Below are positions 12,546-25,563 of a DNA stretch of 64,000 nucleotides, piece by piece (position 1 is the first letter of the stretch; every line of letters starts with the position of its first letter). The translations under genes were made by a program, and so were the position numbers. The notes beneath the pieces were generated by a model, which saw nothing but the letters and a program-made list of their open reading frames with translations, was not told the DNA's origin and made no database searches. The DNA comes from Setoptus koraiensis (taxonomy: Eukaryota > Animalia > Arthropoda): contig CM106585.1 in the NCBI GenBank assembly GCA_048013815.1, positions 12,090,001-12,154,000 on the forward strand. The letters run 5' to 3'.

Positions 12546-15500
12546 GTGAGTCGCCCATTCAACTCGAGGGCCTCAATTGGGGCGCACTTTGAGAGCGATT
12601 TTTTTCACAACATACAAGAGATAATCCGCTAATAAGAGACAATCTGTACACGGACTTCGGACGTGCGACATGCAGCCGGTTCGGTGTGACCGATTCGCTA
12701 AGCGAATGACTTTTCCGCGGTCGGATAATACTGATTATATTGTATATTATGATGAAGATCCCTCGGGCGCCCAATTAGCATGCTTACTCGGCCGCTCTAC
12801 CTGACGCGAGTGCCGGCCGACAGAGAAAATCGTCGAGCCATCGAGCTCGATCGCATCGGGGGCCGCTGCAGTTGGACGTTTCCGAAAACCTATCGCCGGT
12901 CGGAGGGGAAAGAGCGGCCCAAAACTAGGGACGAAATGCAATTTCGGGCCCCAGCGCGGCCCGTGTTTTTATGCAAATTTCTAATTGCGTGTGGGATAAC
13001 TATTTATTCAAAACACAACAAGTTGATTGGTTTTGCCGGCAGCGATCGCTTAAGAGCGCTAGTGGTTATAAATCACTTTCACTCCAACTGCCGCTCGCGC
13101 GTCATCATAATTATCGCGCTGATCGTTATCGGGGCCATCCAGATCGGACGTGTCGATAGCAATTACTGGGGCGCCCCACTCAAGCACAATCATGCGCTCA
13201 AGCAGCGCGGCTAATGTTACGTAAATCGTTATTGTGACGCTGCCGGCGTCGTCGTCATAATAACGATGGCGGCGGCATCGCGATGCGATGATCGCGTGGA
13301 AAAGTTTGATCTAAACTTTGGCCCACTGGCGAGCTCACTCCAGCCAGTAAGTTACTGGCGAGCTCACTGCCAGCGAGTCACTGGCGAGCTGCCAGCTCGG
13401 GGGCCCCTCACACTATCATAGTTTACAGTGTGGGGCCGCTCGGAGTTCTTTGCACTGGCGAGTTCACAGTGTGGCACGGCGCTTGGAATTTCCGCCTGAA
13501 AGGGGCCAACTGGGCCCAGATTGCGCCTCGCTCTCAGTGCCCGTCAATGGAGCCCGGTGGCTGGCAGCAAATAAATGCAGCAGCGGCAGGCGGAGATTGG
13601 ATTAGGCGAGCGAAGGAATTTTCGGCGATGTTCTGGCGCGCGAAAACATCGCCTCGGCTCGCCTACAAAACAACAGACAGATATAGAGAGTGTATAGATA
13701 TGGCGAGAATTTTCTAGCGTTCGCGCAATCTGCCAGTGACAGATTCTGCCAAATCACTTTGGCTGCCCGTTATAATCGACGGCTCGCTGCAGCCGTCCGA
13801 CGGGACGGCGCCCGGATCACGGGGGCGCCGGCGACACTGTCGTCGCGCGACTCGTCGCTCGACTCGCATCGCGGGCCACGATTGTCGGACGCGGGCCTCG
13901 ATGGTCGGACGCGCGCCTCGATTGTCGGGCAGCGCGAGGCCCGCGCTCGTCAGAGGCCGCCATTATCGCATGATTAATCTGTCGATACAAGGAAAAAACT
14001 AATCTCCGAGCCGCACCAGCGATACCCAAGCCGGATATTGCCCAATCCGGCGAACAGACGGCGACGATGTTTTGCGATTTCGCTGGCCCCGAAACTTCGC
14101 TGGCCCCGAAATTTCGCTGGCCTCCGAATTTGCTGCAAATTTGGCAGAAAATTGGCAAATTCGCGCTCGCGCTGCCGCTCATCACGATCTGGCAACTGTT
14201 CGGCTGGCTGGCTGGCTGTTATTATGTAATGATGATGATGATGATTTGAACAACTAGCAATTTACAACAACAACAACGTCGGCCAGCAACTAAGCCCAGC
14301 GGCTTGCCAGCCGCACACTTATCTGGCGAGATGCGGCTGCAAATGTTGCGATTATGATCCATCGCGCTAGTATCCATCGGCCGCTTGCATACACTTGTTA
14401 TGCGTTGGCCGCACGCGCCAGATGGGCCCCGATTAGGCCCACGTTCAGCGCCCGCTTCTGACGACCTCTGGCACGTTGCTGCGTTAGATCCGCTCGACAG
14501 TGCCGCGCCGGGCCGGAGGAGCCGCGCCGGGCCAGTGCAGCTGGGTATCGCGACGCGTCGTCGGCCTGCTCGGCCCCAAAGTTGGGGCCGGCCGAACGCC
14601 TAGTGCCAGCGCCCACGGCAGAGCAGAAATGGGGCCAATTCTTTATGGTGTGTGTCGGCTCGCGGCTGCGTGTGCGTGGCTGAGCTCGCCGTTGAACCTT
14701 TATTGTTGCAGTGGCACGAATAAATAACTGGCTGAATACTTAACACTTCCATATTTATGCGCCATTTTGTAAACAAATGCGACGGATAAAAAGTTTTATT
14801 ATTATAGTTTTCGGGCCGGCTCACGGCCAGCCGCACTGCGGGGCCTCGGTAGTGCGCGGTCGGTAGCCGCGAGCTGCCACCAGCAACAACGTGCCGCTTG
14901 CATGGTACGCGCGACCGAGGCGAGCAGCCTCGAAATGTATCCAAATGCCAGATCGCTGGATCGCTGGGTCGCGCACCGAGGGCGCAACGTGCTCGGCACG
15001 CGCATAGGTGCACCCGCACAAGCGAGCACGCTGATTGATTGTGCCCGACACACTCGGCCCCACGCTCGCCGGCGCGGTATCGCCGGCGCGGTATCGCCGG
15101 CCCGGCATCGCGGACACGATGATATCGGGCCCGTTGCGGCGCGCCTCGATTTTGCGCGTGCAAACTTTGCACGCGCAAACCTGGCATCGTTTGTTCGTGT
15201 ATCGCGCTTGTTTGTACGGACTGGCCCCCGAACGCAAGGCTCGAGTGTTTGCGCAATATTGGGCGCTTCCGTCAGCGGCGCTCATTATCGCGCCCTCAGC
15301 GCCTCACTGTTTTACATGGCGGCAGGTTCGGCTCGACTCGCCAATGGGCGATTGTGTTATAGAGATCGCTCGCTTCGAAGTTCGCCAACTCCTGCGCTGC
15401 GTACCGTGCAAATTGCACGTGTCAGCGACCTGCCGCGGTCGCCCCCATCAACGAAACAGTCGGATATTGCGGCAGCGATGATGCAATCATTGATACAAGT

Positions 15501-17755
15501 GCCCGGCTAACCGTTACATAATCGGCCGTTGCACGACAATATATAATTGATATCGCGCGGCACGCTGAGCTGCAAACAGCTCCAAATCGCAGTTCAGTGC
15601 AGGTCGGCTTGTCGGGCCTCAGTTGCGCCAATTGCGGCAATTGCGCGAATTAGACCGAATTGATAGACCAATTGATGGACTGTAAATAAACAACCGGCCA
15701 GCAGTGCGCCGGCATTTCAGTGCGTCAGTGAGGCCAGATCTTTGCTCGATGATTGATAGTTTCATTTGGCTCGATCGGTCGTTTTATCCGGCTTGATTGG
15801 CCGTTTTATCCGGCTTGATTGGTGGCCGCTCAAACGTGGGCCCGCAGCGCGCATAATCCCGAGCTGGGCTCACTCGCGCGACCCGCACCGTGCTCAGGTG
15901 TGAACCGGGGCCCGCTCGTGCCGCTGCGTCGCGGCCCGACAGGTGCTGACATATGTGGGCCGGGCGGGCCGGCAATATGATGTAATCTCCCGTATCATGC
16001 TGGCAGTATGTACGAACGCGGCCGTGCACACAACAAACGTATATACAAATGTACAACTGTAATACCCGACAGCCGCTGCTAATATAGCGGTGCCAACATG
16101 GTGAATGTTGAACATGGCCGATATTATATCGGCTGGGGCCCGCCGCGGACGAGCCGCAATATTGAGCCGAGGTATAAATTGCGCGCGTTGAGTCAATAAT
16201 ACCCGCGCCGCACAGCCAGCTATGTACTGCGGGCTATGTAGGCCAGCGCAAACAAATGGGGCCCGCACACTGCCCTTGACGACACTGGCTGGCGGCGCAC
16301 GTCGGCAGGGGCCCCATCGGATCGAGAGATCTGACGATGGAACGCAGTCACTCGATGGTTAGATCTCTATCGTGGCCGCCCGAAACCGACACCGAGAACA
16401 AAGTCGAAACAAAAAGCAGCGCCCGCAGTTCGCCGGGCCCCACTTGTGAGTTGCCAGCGAGGGGCCCCACACTGAATCAGTGTGTTTGCACTGATTTGTT
16501 AAGCGCCCGGCACACGCACACACACACACACACCAACACACCAACGCACACGTAAAATTGCTCCGTCGGCCGACCGGCCGAGATTAACTCTTTTTGTTGT
16601 AGTTGTTTGTGGTGCGTGCTCTGCTGGGGCCGGCCACCGTGGGCCCCGGCAGCCGCATCTGGGCTGGGGCCCAGCGCGCGCCTGCATGCTCGTGGCTGGG
16701 CCGGGCCTCGTTCTTCGGGGCTCGCTCGTTGCAAACGAGGCTTCAAAGAACGAGCCCCAAAGAACGAGCCCCAAAGAACGAGCCCCAGAGAAAGAGTCGG
16801 CGAGGGCGCGGAATTCGCGCTAGATTAGACTAGATTGGCGGCGCTGGCTCGCCAGCCAATATTGGCCACATCCATACAACTGTTGTATTACAACACTATC
16901 TGGCGGTGGTATATTGGCGCTGTTCGGCTATACACCAGTTGTATTGTAGATATACGTGTGCATATATATATATATACATGAGCGCGGATATTTGTCCTTG
17001 GGCCCCAAGTCGCGAACGCGCGCCAAGGGCGCAATGTAATTGCCAATCCAAAATAAACATTTTTATCGCCGGGCCCGTCTGGGCCTGGCACACAATTACC
17101 CCAATCGGGTGGCGCAAAGCGGCGAGGTGTGCGGTGCGGATATATTGGTTTCGCAAGCATCCAATATAACTAATATCACCAATTACAGGGTACGGTGACG
17201 CGCATAGCGAGGTATATATGTCCGACTTGATATACTTGGCCAGTGGCCAAGTTGCCCGGCTTGGCATAAACAACAAGCCAACGCCGGCAAGACTAATCGG
17301 CCCTAATGTCCCTCTATTATCCCCTAATCTGGCCACTGTTGGGCCCCACTCGGGCCAGTGGCCCGATTTACCAATTTGCACAACCGGCAGCCAGTAAATA
17401 TACTCCGGCTATCGTGCAAAGGGCCCCCAATATAACATAATACTATATATACATATATATTCCTCGACTCTATCGATACAAAATCTTCGTCATGCAATGA
17501 AGTGTTTTTTATTACTCTGCAACGTAGCGCAGTTTTATTGGGTCAGACACGTGCAATTTAACGTGTCGGGTCGTATCTGTATGCACAGCCTATTAAATAA
17601 TTTTCCCCGTCTCCCTCTCTCTCTCTCTCTCTCCCATTTTCTCCCTGTTTGCCGATCAATCTTTGCGCGGCGCTGCCTACCTAATTACACCGGTGCCTCT
17701 CAACCGGTACCTACCTAAATCACACGCCGGCCCGACGCTGATTACGCGCAACTAG

Positions 17756-19015
17756 ACGCCACTATCGCTGCCAGTACGAGCCCGACGGGCGCCGCAAACC
17801 GGGCACAGAGCGGCTCCGACAGAGCGAGGCCAGTCAGGGACACTGCCAGCGCCGTCCCGCAGGCAGACTGGTGGCGCCCGCCGGCGCCCGCGCTCCAATG
17901 GGGCCCTGCTCGTGGGCCGGATTTCGGCGGCGGCACGCAAGCGGATAAGAATGAGAAAATTGCCGACAGTGAGCCAAATGGTTTAATTAAGTTTGCCCTT
18001 CCCCTGCCACAAACAACCCAATACAAATTTGCCGGCCAGCGGCACCTGTTCCGGTGCCAGGTAGTGTGGTCAGCTGGCGCGGTCGCACAGCCCTGGCCGG
18101 CGCTGCAAATCGAGTGGCTCAAGGATGGGGCCCCTCTGGACAGCGTCTACAAGAACGTGCGCCGGATTAACGTGGAACAGCAGCAGCAGCGAGGCGCTAG
18201 CGTCAACGCCAGCCATAATAATAATGATAATAATAACGGCAACAACAACACCAACGACAACAACGCCAACATCGGTCATCGCAATAGACGTCACAACAGC
18301 GCAATATCCACTGGTCATTGGGGCCCCGAACGAGCCAGCTTCGGCGGGCATCATTATCGTGGCCAGCACAAGCACACTCAATATGCTAATGAGCGGCCAT
18401 CCGATGACGCGACAAATAACAACTACCATAAATCGCCCTTGTTGCCAATTAATGGGCCCCAGCCGCACGGCGCCAGCACGCTCGTAACAAGTGGCGACAG
18501 CTTGACCGGGCCCCGGCATTCGGGCGACGCTTGGCAGGGGGCCGCACACGAGCGACACGCACGCAATGAGCGCGACAATGAGGTCGCGAAAGTCGCTAGG
18601 TGCCGGCGCCATCAATACGCCGCATACGATACGGGCGCAACAACCAACGATGGCGGCGCCACCGCAGCGCCCGCCACCGAGGACAGGGGGCGCAGCAACA
18701 AGCGACACGCTCACAATAGCGGCGCCCACAATAGCGGCGCCCACAATAACGGGCGCCAGATAATGAAGCAGCGCGCCAGCGGCGGCCAAACCAACAACCA
18801 CAGATTAGTGGAAATCAAGAATATACTGGACAGGGCCAAAGGCAAACTGACCTCTAGGCTGCGCATTCAAGAGCTGCAAGTGGCCGACTCGGGCCACTAC
18901 GAGTGCCTGGCGCGCCTACAAGTTGCGCCCCAAAGCGCTGACGCAATTAATGCGCCTAACGAGCCGCAGTATGGCGCCAGCATACAGTCGACGGGCGCCC
19001 TGGTGGTGAGGCCAA
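17756..19015 (+). CDS. Ror: Ror coding exon 2 (Ig-like domain with a large insertion)
   Basis: Open frame from acceptor TAG (17753-55, phase 1). Ig motifs FRCQV, IEWLKDG and SRLRIQELQVADSGHYECLA...STGALVVRP match the ROR Ig domain. Donor GTAAGT at 19016. Confidence 0.85.
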
Positions 19016-19304
19016 GTAAGTACATACTAATCATTTCGTGATTGCCCGCACAAGCCCGACATGTCGCAATATATCGTCGGGCATGTGCGCGGAATAGGTC
19101 GGGACATGTCGGGACGTGTCGGCGGGGCCCCAGCGGGCCGGCAACACATAATGCTGCGACAAATGGCCGGCCCGGTCGCATGCAGCGCCCGGTTGCACGC
19201 TGTGACTCACAGCCTGGCGCCCATTATATGTGTTGCCATAATAATATTTAGTGGCCGGCATAATCAATTTGGGGCCCGCAGCGAGCTACGGGGGCCCGCC
19301 GGTA

Positions 19305-19416
19305 CATTCGGGCCGACATAGTCCGGCCGGCACATTCGGGCCGACATAGTCCGGCCGGCACATTCGGGCCGACATAGTCCGGCCGACTCATTCGGGCCGA
19401 CACGTTCGGGCCGACA
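19305..19416. repeat. 28-bp tandem repeat CATTCGGGCCGACATAGTCCGGCCGGCA x4
   Basis: Units start at 19305, 19333, 19361 and 19389. Confidence 0.9.
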
Positions 19417-19816
19417 TATCCCGGCGCGCATATCCCGGCGCGCTTTTGCCGGCGCACAGCTGAGGGGGCGAAACTGGTGCCAGATTGATTGCTTTCGACT
19501 CGTACTAACTATCATTCACTTGCTCTTGTAACCCTTGCTCTTTCGCTGTGTCTCTTCCACTGGGCGCATTGTCGCTTTGTCGCACCCCCGGCGCTGGTGG
19601 GCACTTTTGGCGCTGCGCCATTGGGGACCCAAACGCACGCATTGCCGCAATTGGCGAATATACTCAACAAATAAATTATCCATTCTCTCAATGGCCAACA
19701 ACAACGACACCAACAACGACAACAACGACGCCAACAACGACAAAAACGACACCAACGACAACAACGGCAACAACGACAACAACAATAATAATAACCATCA
19801 CAATGACGTCATGCAG

Positions 19817-19889
19817 AGCGGCCCATTGTCAGTGGGCAGCCGGACAACAGCAACAGCGCCAGAGAGGAGCAGCGCGGATCTGAAGTCAA
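19817..19889 (+). CDS. Ror: Ror coding exon 3 (73-nt linker exon)
   Basis: First AG after TACTAAC (19503-09); donor GTGAGT at 19890. Phase 1 in and phase 2 out reconciles exon 2 with the 30633 acceptor (KRPIVSGQPDNSNSAREEQRGSEV-N). No homology support. Confidence 0.55.
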
Positions 19890-22483
19890 GTGAGTAGAAT
19901 TGTCGGTCGGTCGGTCGGCCGGCCCGGGCTCGATGGCAGCGTCCGGGCGGCGACCGAGATTATATTTTGGCGTATGCACTTTCGCTCGGCCCACCACCAA
20001 GTGGCGGGCCTCTCCAGTCGGGGCTTTCGACGGCGCCAAGAGCGACGCCCGCGACGTCTGAGAGTCGCAGGCCGAGACGCTCGGGGCGACTTTGCGGCGA
20101 GCTCGCCGGCCTCAGTTTGTTTAGTTGTCTGGGTTCTTGGCGGGGGGGGGGGGCGCCCAAGTGGCAGCGCAACAAAAACAATCATTTGCACAGCTAACAA
20201 GGTGCCCGTTTGCCGGCGCGCCGGCGGCTCTCTTGATTGGTCGGGCGCCCCAATTGGCCGGGCCGGGCTCGGCTCGGCTGGGCGAGAGTGGGGCCCGCCA
20301 ATTGCCCATTGAGTGCTCGCCTGGCGGCGCGTCGCCCACTCAATGTGCCTTGCGGTGTCTTGCGTCTGGCGGCCAGACTGGCGGCAAGACTGGCAAGTGC
20401 TCATTAAGTGGGCAACACATGTTATCACGGCATGTAACAAACTGGCCCCACATTTGCCGGCCAATTACAATTGCGCCAAATGTACCCCGGCAAGAAATGG
20501 AAAGAATCATAGACTTGGCGCGCTTGTCGCCTCGCGCCACCCGAACAATGTTAACACCGGCAAATAGGTGCGGCTAGCGGGGCCCCGCGGCCGCTCGCCA
20601 CAAGCTCGCCGGGCGACAATGCGGCCAGCTGCAACAATCATTAAATTAAGCATTTCCATTTACTGTCTAACCGGTGGCGACATTTCGCCGGCAGCGGCAG
20701 CCGAGCGAAGTGTCGCGTGGGCGCTTGTTTCGGCGCGCCCGCTATCATTAAATTTCATTTAAATATCATTAAAATTGGCACCGGAATAGCCGGCAATAAC
20801 TGGCAACATCGGCGGTATTTCGGTTAGGGCTGGTTACGCAGACACAGTTATGTAACAGTGATACGAAAAAGGAAAGGTTGTTGCGTAACTCTCGTCTCGG
20901 GCGCATCGTTAGCGCGTTGCTCGTGCTGCACTTGCCGGGCAGCCCGCGCATTCGCGACTGCGCCCGCCACACAGTTCCACTATGATAGTTGGGGCTCGCA
21001 CCGAATATCCGCCCGCACCGGGTCGCAGCGAGTCGCGGGTGCGGCTGGCGCGATATGAGCCGGCCGTGCGATGTGAGCCTGGCCAACGCAGCGCCGACGA
21101 GCTCAAGTGCCGGGCGCCGCCGATAATCAGCGGCTGATTGCGGCCCGTGGCGGCCCCGCGGGACGGACCCGCACCGCGCTTGTTGTGTGGCGCGGATTAT
21201 GACGCTAATGAATGGGCCTATAAGCGATTGCGGTCGGTTGTTGCCGGTGTTGTCGTTTTTGGCGTTGTTGTGGTGGCCGTTGTTGCTGCTGTCGGCGCCG
21301 TTGTTGCTGGTGCGGCCGCTGCCGCTGCCGGCGACAGCCACTAGATAGCGGCCAATTGATTAGATATGCAAATATCGATGCGCTGATGACCCCAAACGGG
21401 CGCAAAATCCATTTATCACGCCGCCGCCAGGGGTGAGTGGGGCCTGGGCACGATGCAGCAGTCCACATTTGTGTCACTTTTGTAACTACTTGTCGGGCGC
21501 TGTTTATTATCGGTTATTGTCGGTTAGGGGCGCCGACACTCGAGTGCCCGTGCCCGTGCACAGTGTCGGATATTTGGTCGTTTTTTTTCTCTGTGTTGGC
21601 GAGCGCCACTTGACGCCTCGACGACGTTTCCAATTCGACACAATCGACAATGAGTTTCGCCACGTGATCATTACGCGCTTACTTTCAGAGTGCGTTGTTG
21701 TTGCGTTGCGAGCGCGTTATTTTGCGCACCGACTGGCCGCCCTCAAGCGGACAGGCGGACACCCGCCACCGATCGGGCCGAATGGGGCGCGTCCCTGGCC
21801 AAGCTCAACTGTCAGGCGACTCGGCGAGCGGCCGAGCGCGACCGCCGCACTTTGGCCGGCTCCGCAAACAGCCTGTGAGCCGCTCGCCAGCTGCGACTCA
21901 CAGTCTGCAGGGGACCAGCGGGGCCCCGCAAAGTGCAGCCTTGGCCCGGCCGAGACGCTGGCCACTTCGGCGAGCCTGTCTCTTGCGCGGCCGGAAACGG
22001 GTCGGCGTGGGCGAGCGCGACTTTCGAAATTGAACTATCCTTCGCTGCTGTTTATTTGTTTGCGCAGCGTGTGTGTGTCCAATGATGACGATTTGTCTCT
22101 GCTGAGAACGGTATCAGCGGCGAGCTGGCCAACAAACACACCCAACGCCCACATCACTGAACAGTGTAACGTGTTATAACGTGCGTTACGTAACAGCGAC
22201 GCACAAACAGCAGCACGTGTTATTACGCGGCAACGGACACACGCCCGCGCGCCGGCCATTAGCCGGCGGCGGAAATAAATTTATTTCGTTTTGGCGAGCT
22301 AGATATATCTGTGCGCGGGCGAATCGTTGGCTATAGCGGCTACTCGCTTGCGACTCCGGCCTGATGGGCACTTTATCACAGCAGCGGCTCATCCGTGTTT
22401 TATGCCGTATCAACTTACCGATCTGGCCGGCCGGGCCACCAGCCCACTGTCACGTACTGCTGCGGCCGATTTCGGCCAGTCCA

Positions 22484-22571
22484 TTTGGGTCTGTTTGGGT
22501 CTTTTTGGGTCTTTTTTGGTCTGTTTGGGCCCGTTTGGGTCCGTTTGGGTCCGTTTGGGCCCGTTTGGGTC
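22484..22571. repeat. 10-bp TTTGGGTCCG-type array
   Basis: Directly visible. Confidence 0.8.
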
Positions 22572-22927
22572 CGGCGGTCGGGCTGCGGCGCTAACGCTGC
22601 AACGGTCGAGCGGTCGCCCGCAGCCTGTGAGGCCGGCCTCACAGGCTTGCGGCCCAATCTGGCCCCAATAAAAGTCGCCGGCCCACCGGCGGGCGAGAGG
22701 ATGCGCCCTCCGCGACGCAGGCGCCATCCCGTTTCGGTCTGGCCGCCCGGTTTGTGTGCCATGTATCGTGTCGGGCCGCTTGTTGTGGGGCCGCGTGTGA
22801 GCTCGTGAAAAACACGTTCCAAATACCGAAACGATGCTTGCGAGCACACTGACACAAACAAAGCCCAGCCCAGCAAAGCGATTAAATGCGCCTAGCGAGC
22901 GCTGGCAGCGCTGAAAAGTCGCTCGGC

Positions 22928-23044
22928 TATTTCTAGCTATTTCTGGCCTCTCTTTTTAGCACTTTCTGGCCTCTCTCTTTAGCTCTTTCTGGCCTCTCTT
23001 TTAAGCTCTTTCTGGCCTCTCTTTTTAGATGTTTCTGGCCTTTC
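22928..23044. repeat. About 20-bp TTTCTGGCCTCTCTTTTAGC-type array
   Basis: About five imperfect copies visible. Confidence 0.8.
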
Positions 23045-25403
23045 TTTTCAGCGAAATGGGCTCCCCATTTAAGGCAAACCTCACATCTATCATTATATTA
23101 TTTATGCGGCGTTGCGAGCGGCGTCTGTTGCTGGAGTCAGTCGCCAGAGTGTGTCGCTATAGTTGCTCGCCAAAGTCCGTTACCGCAGTCTGTTACTGGA
23201 GGCTGGCGTCTCGGCGAGGCGATGATTTACATTTATCGTGGCGCCCCTCACAACTTTGTTAGGCGAGCCGGGGCCCCAAGTCAAGGGCGATGTAAAGCCG
23301 AGCTATGTGGCCGTTTACTATTCTATTTACATATCGTCGTCGCGACCATACAAACTGACAATTGTCGAGCGCGACGTCGCCGGCGCAAATCAGCCCAATG
23401 CACGCGCCGAGGTGCGGCCACGGGCCTCTGTCGCGCAATCCTCTGCCGGAAGAGCCCGCTGTGTGTCTGTCTGTCTAGCTGGCTGGCACCGTCGGTGTGG
23501 GGCCCGCGCTCGCCCGCGTCCGGCCCGCACAGGCCGGTTGGGTGGGCCGTGTGGCCGAGCGTTTGATTTGTTTGGCCAATCATTTGCTAGCCGGCTCATT
23601 GCCCCGCCGACATGTGCAGTCGCATGCAGCCTCATGCAGTCGCATGGGGCCCCACAGATACTCAAAGTCCGATTAAACGGCGCTGCAGTTGGCTGTTGGC
23701 CTCGGCGCCGCTTTTGGGGCTCCGTGGCGCACGAGGGCTCAACTGTGGCGATCGGCCGCGGTCGCACAATTACGCAACTCTGGCCCTTGTGTCGATTATG
23801 CTCATTAAGCGGAGTGTTGCAATAAACATGTTTACAGCTCTTACTGTCTACATGGGCATGTATGGGTGCTTGTGGGTGCATGTATGGGTGCTTGTGGGTG
23901 CATGTATGGGTATATTTGGCGAGTATAAGCGAGTATATATGCAAGTGTATAACGAGCGAGTGTATGTACGCGAGACCGGTTATTATGCAATAACACGATA
24001 ACAGTAATAATGGCAATAATAACAGACAATAATATCTGCTAGCAAACATTGTCATATAATCAGTTCAGTTTGCTCATCATTATGCACAACTAGTGTCAGA
24101 CTAGACAACTAAACTCGTGACACGAGTAGTGTGACACTAGGCAACGCGTGTTTTGCCACACCAGCGCGTGCTGACCGCAGCCCGATAAACAAGTGCAAAT
24201 AAACACTCTCGTTTGGGGCCCACATCAGCTGACTGCTCTCGCTAGCTTGTCAATTGGCCAATTGACCGTCAGTTGAGTCAGTAGAGTCAGTTGAGTCAGT
24301 TGAGTCAGTTGGTCAGTTGGTCAGTTGGTCAGCCGGTCAGCGCCACCCTATCGGGCATTTCCAACAAAGCAGCGAGCCGTTCCGCTAACAACTTTGTTTT
24401 TATGCCAAAACAAACAGTCAGTGGAACGGCTCACAATTGAAAAATTGCCTCGTCGTAGCCGAGTTTTTGCAGCCTTCGGAATCCGAAGGGTTCAAATTTA
24501 AACGAGCCACAGTGAAATTGGCGTCCAATTAGCGCTGACTTTACGGCTGGCTTGACAAGCCAATGATAATCGTAATATAACGATCAAGACGAAATAATAA
24601 CAATTTTGCACGCACAAGCGCGTTTGCCCGTCGCCCGTCGCCCGCTGCCCGTGACGTGCGAAAGCCGGAAATGCGCCGACGGGCCCCCGAAATCGAGCCG
24701 AGTCGACAGAAATAGAGCGCCCCGTTTGTGTGTTGCAGCTCGACGGGCCGGTCACATCGTGCGGGGCCAACACTGCGTGCCGCGTGCAATGTAATGAGCT
24801 CGTACCCGTTATTTGGGCCAATTGGGCCATCCGCTAATTACTGCGCTCGAATGGCCAGCTCGTTGCCACTGGTCACACCGGTCGGCCAAAGGTGCGGCGG
24901 CCGTCGGGCGCTCGTCACGAGCCAAGAAACTGGAAACTAGCGTCTGGCATCCAGATGAGAGGCTTTTTGTTTGGCCAGGGGCCCATAATAAGCTATCAAA
25001 TCCGAGAATCGGGCCCAAAATAAACTATCCAATCCGATCTTTGCCGATCCGGCCCGAGCCGGCCCGATCCGATCGGCCCTATAGGGCTAATATGTTAATC
25101 ATGTAAGTGATTATAACTATAATCCACTTTAAGCTGCTTTCGTTGGCTCGCCGGCGCGATTGACATCGAGCGGATCAATTACCGGCCCGATGCTCGGGCT
25201 CGATATCACGCTGGCTGAATGTTGTGATGTCCGTTGGCAAGTTGTGAATGAATCACAAGTCGCCCCGGACAGTCTCGGCGCGTCTTACGCAGACTGTATA
25301 ATACGCAGACTGTTAAAGAGACTGTTTGCAGACAAACAAAAAGATTGATTGCGAGATAATGAAACCGCGCTGCCAAGCTGCAGAGAACTCGGCCAGCCGC
25401 TGG

Positions 25404-25563
25404 CGAAGATTCTTCGGCAGCGGCGAAGAATCTTCGCCGCCCAATAGGCTGAATGATTAATTAATTAAGCTGCCAGTCACACGGCGCCAACTTCAACTTG
25501 TCACACACGTCGTCTTACGTAAGCGGCCTACGTAAGCGGCAATCAGGCAAATATATATAAATA
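25404..25563 (+). promoter_or_regulatory. Promoter-like motif cluster inside Ror intron 3
   Basis: Palindromes CGAAGA-T-TCTTCG (25404-16) and GCGGCGAAGA-A-TCTTCGCCGC (25420-40), CTTACGTAAG (25514-23) and TATAAATAG (25556-64). Activity is inferred. Confidence 0.35.

Noticed and set aside
19697-19800. Poly-Asn-like tract upstream of Ror exon 3 as extra coding sequence
   Set aside because: No AG is available upstream to include it, and in exon 3's reading frame it contains TAA stops.
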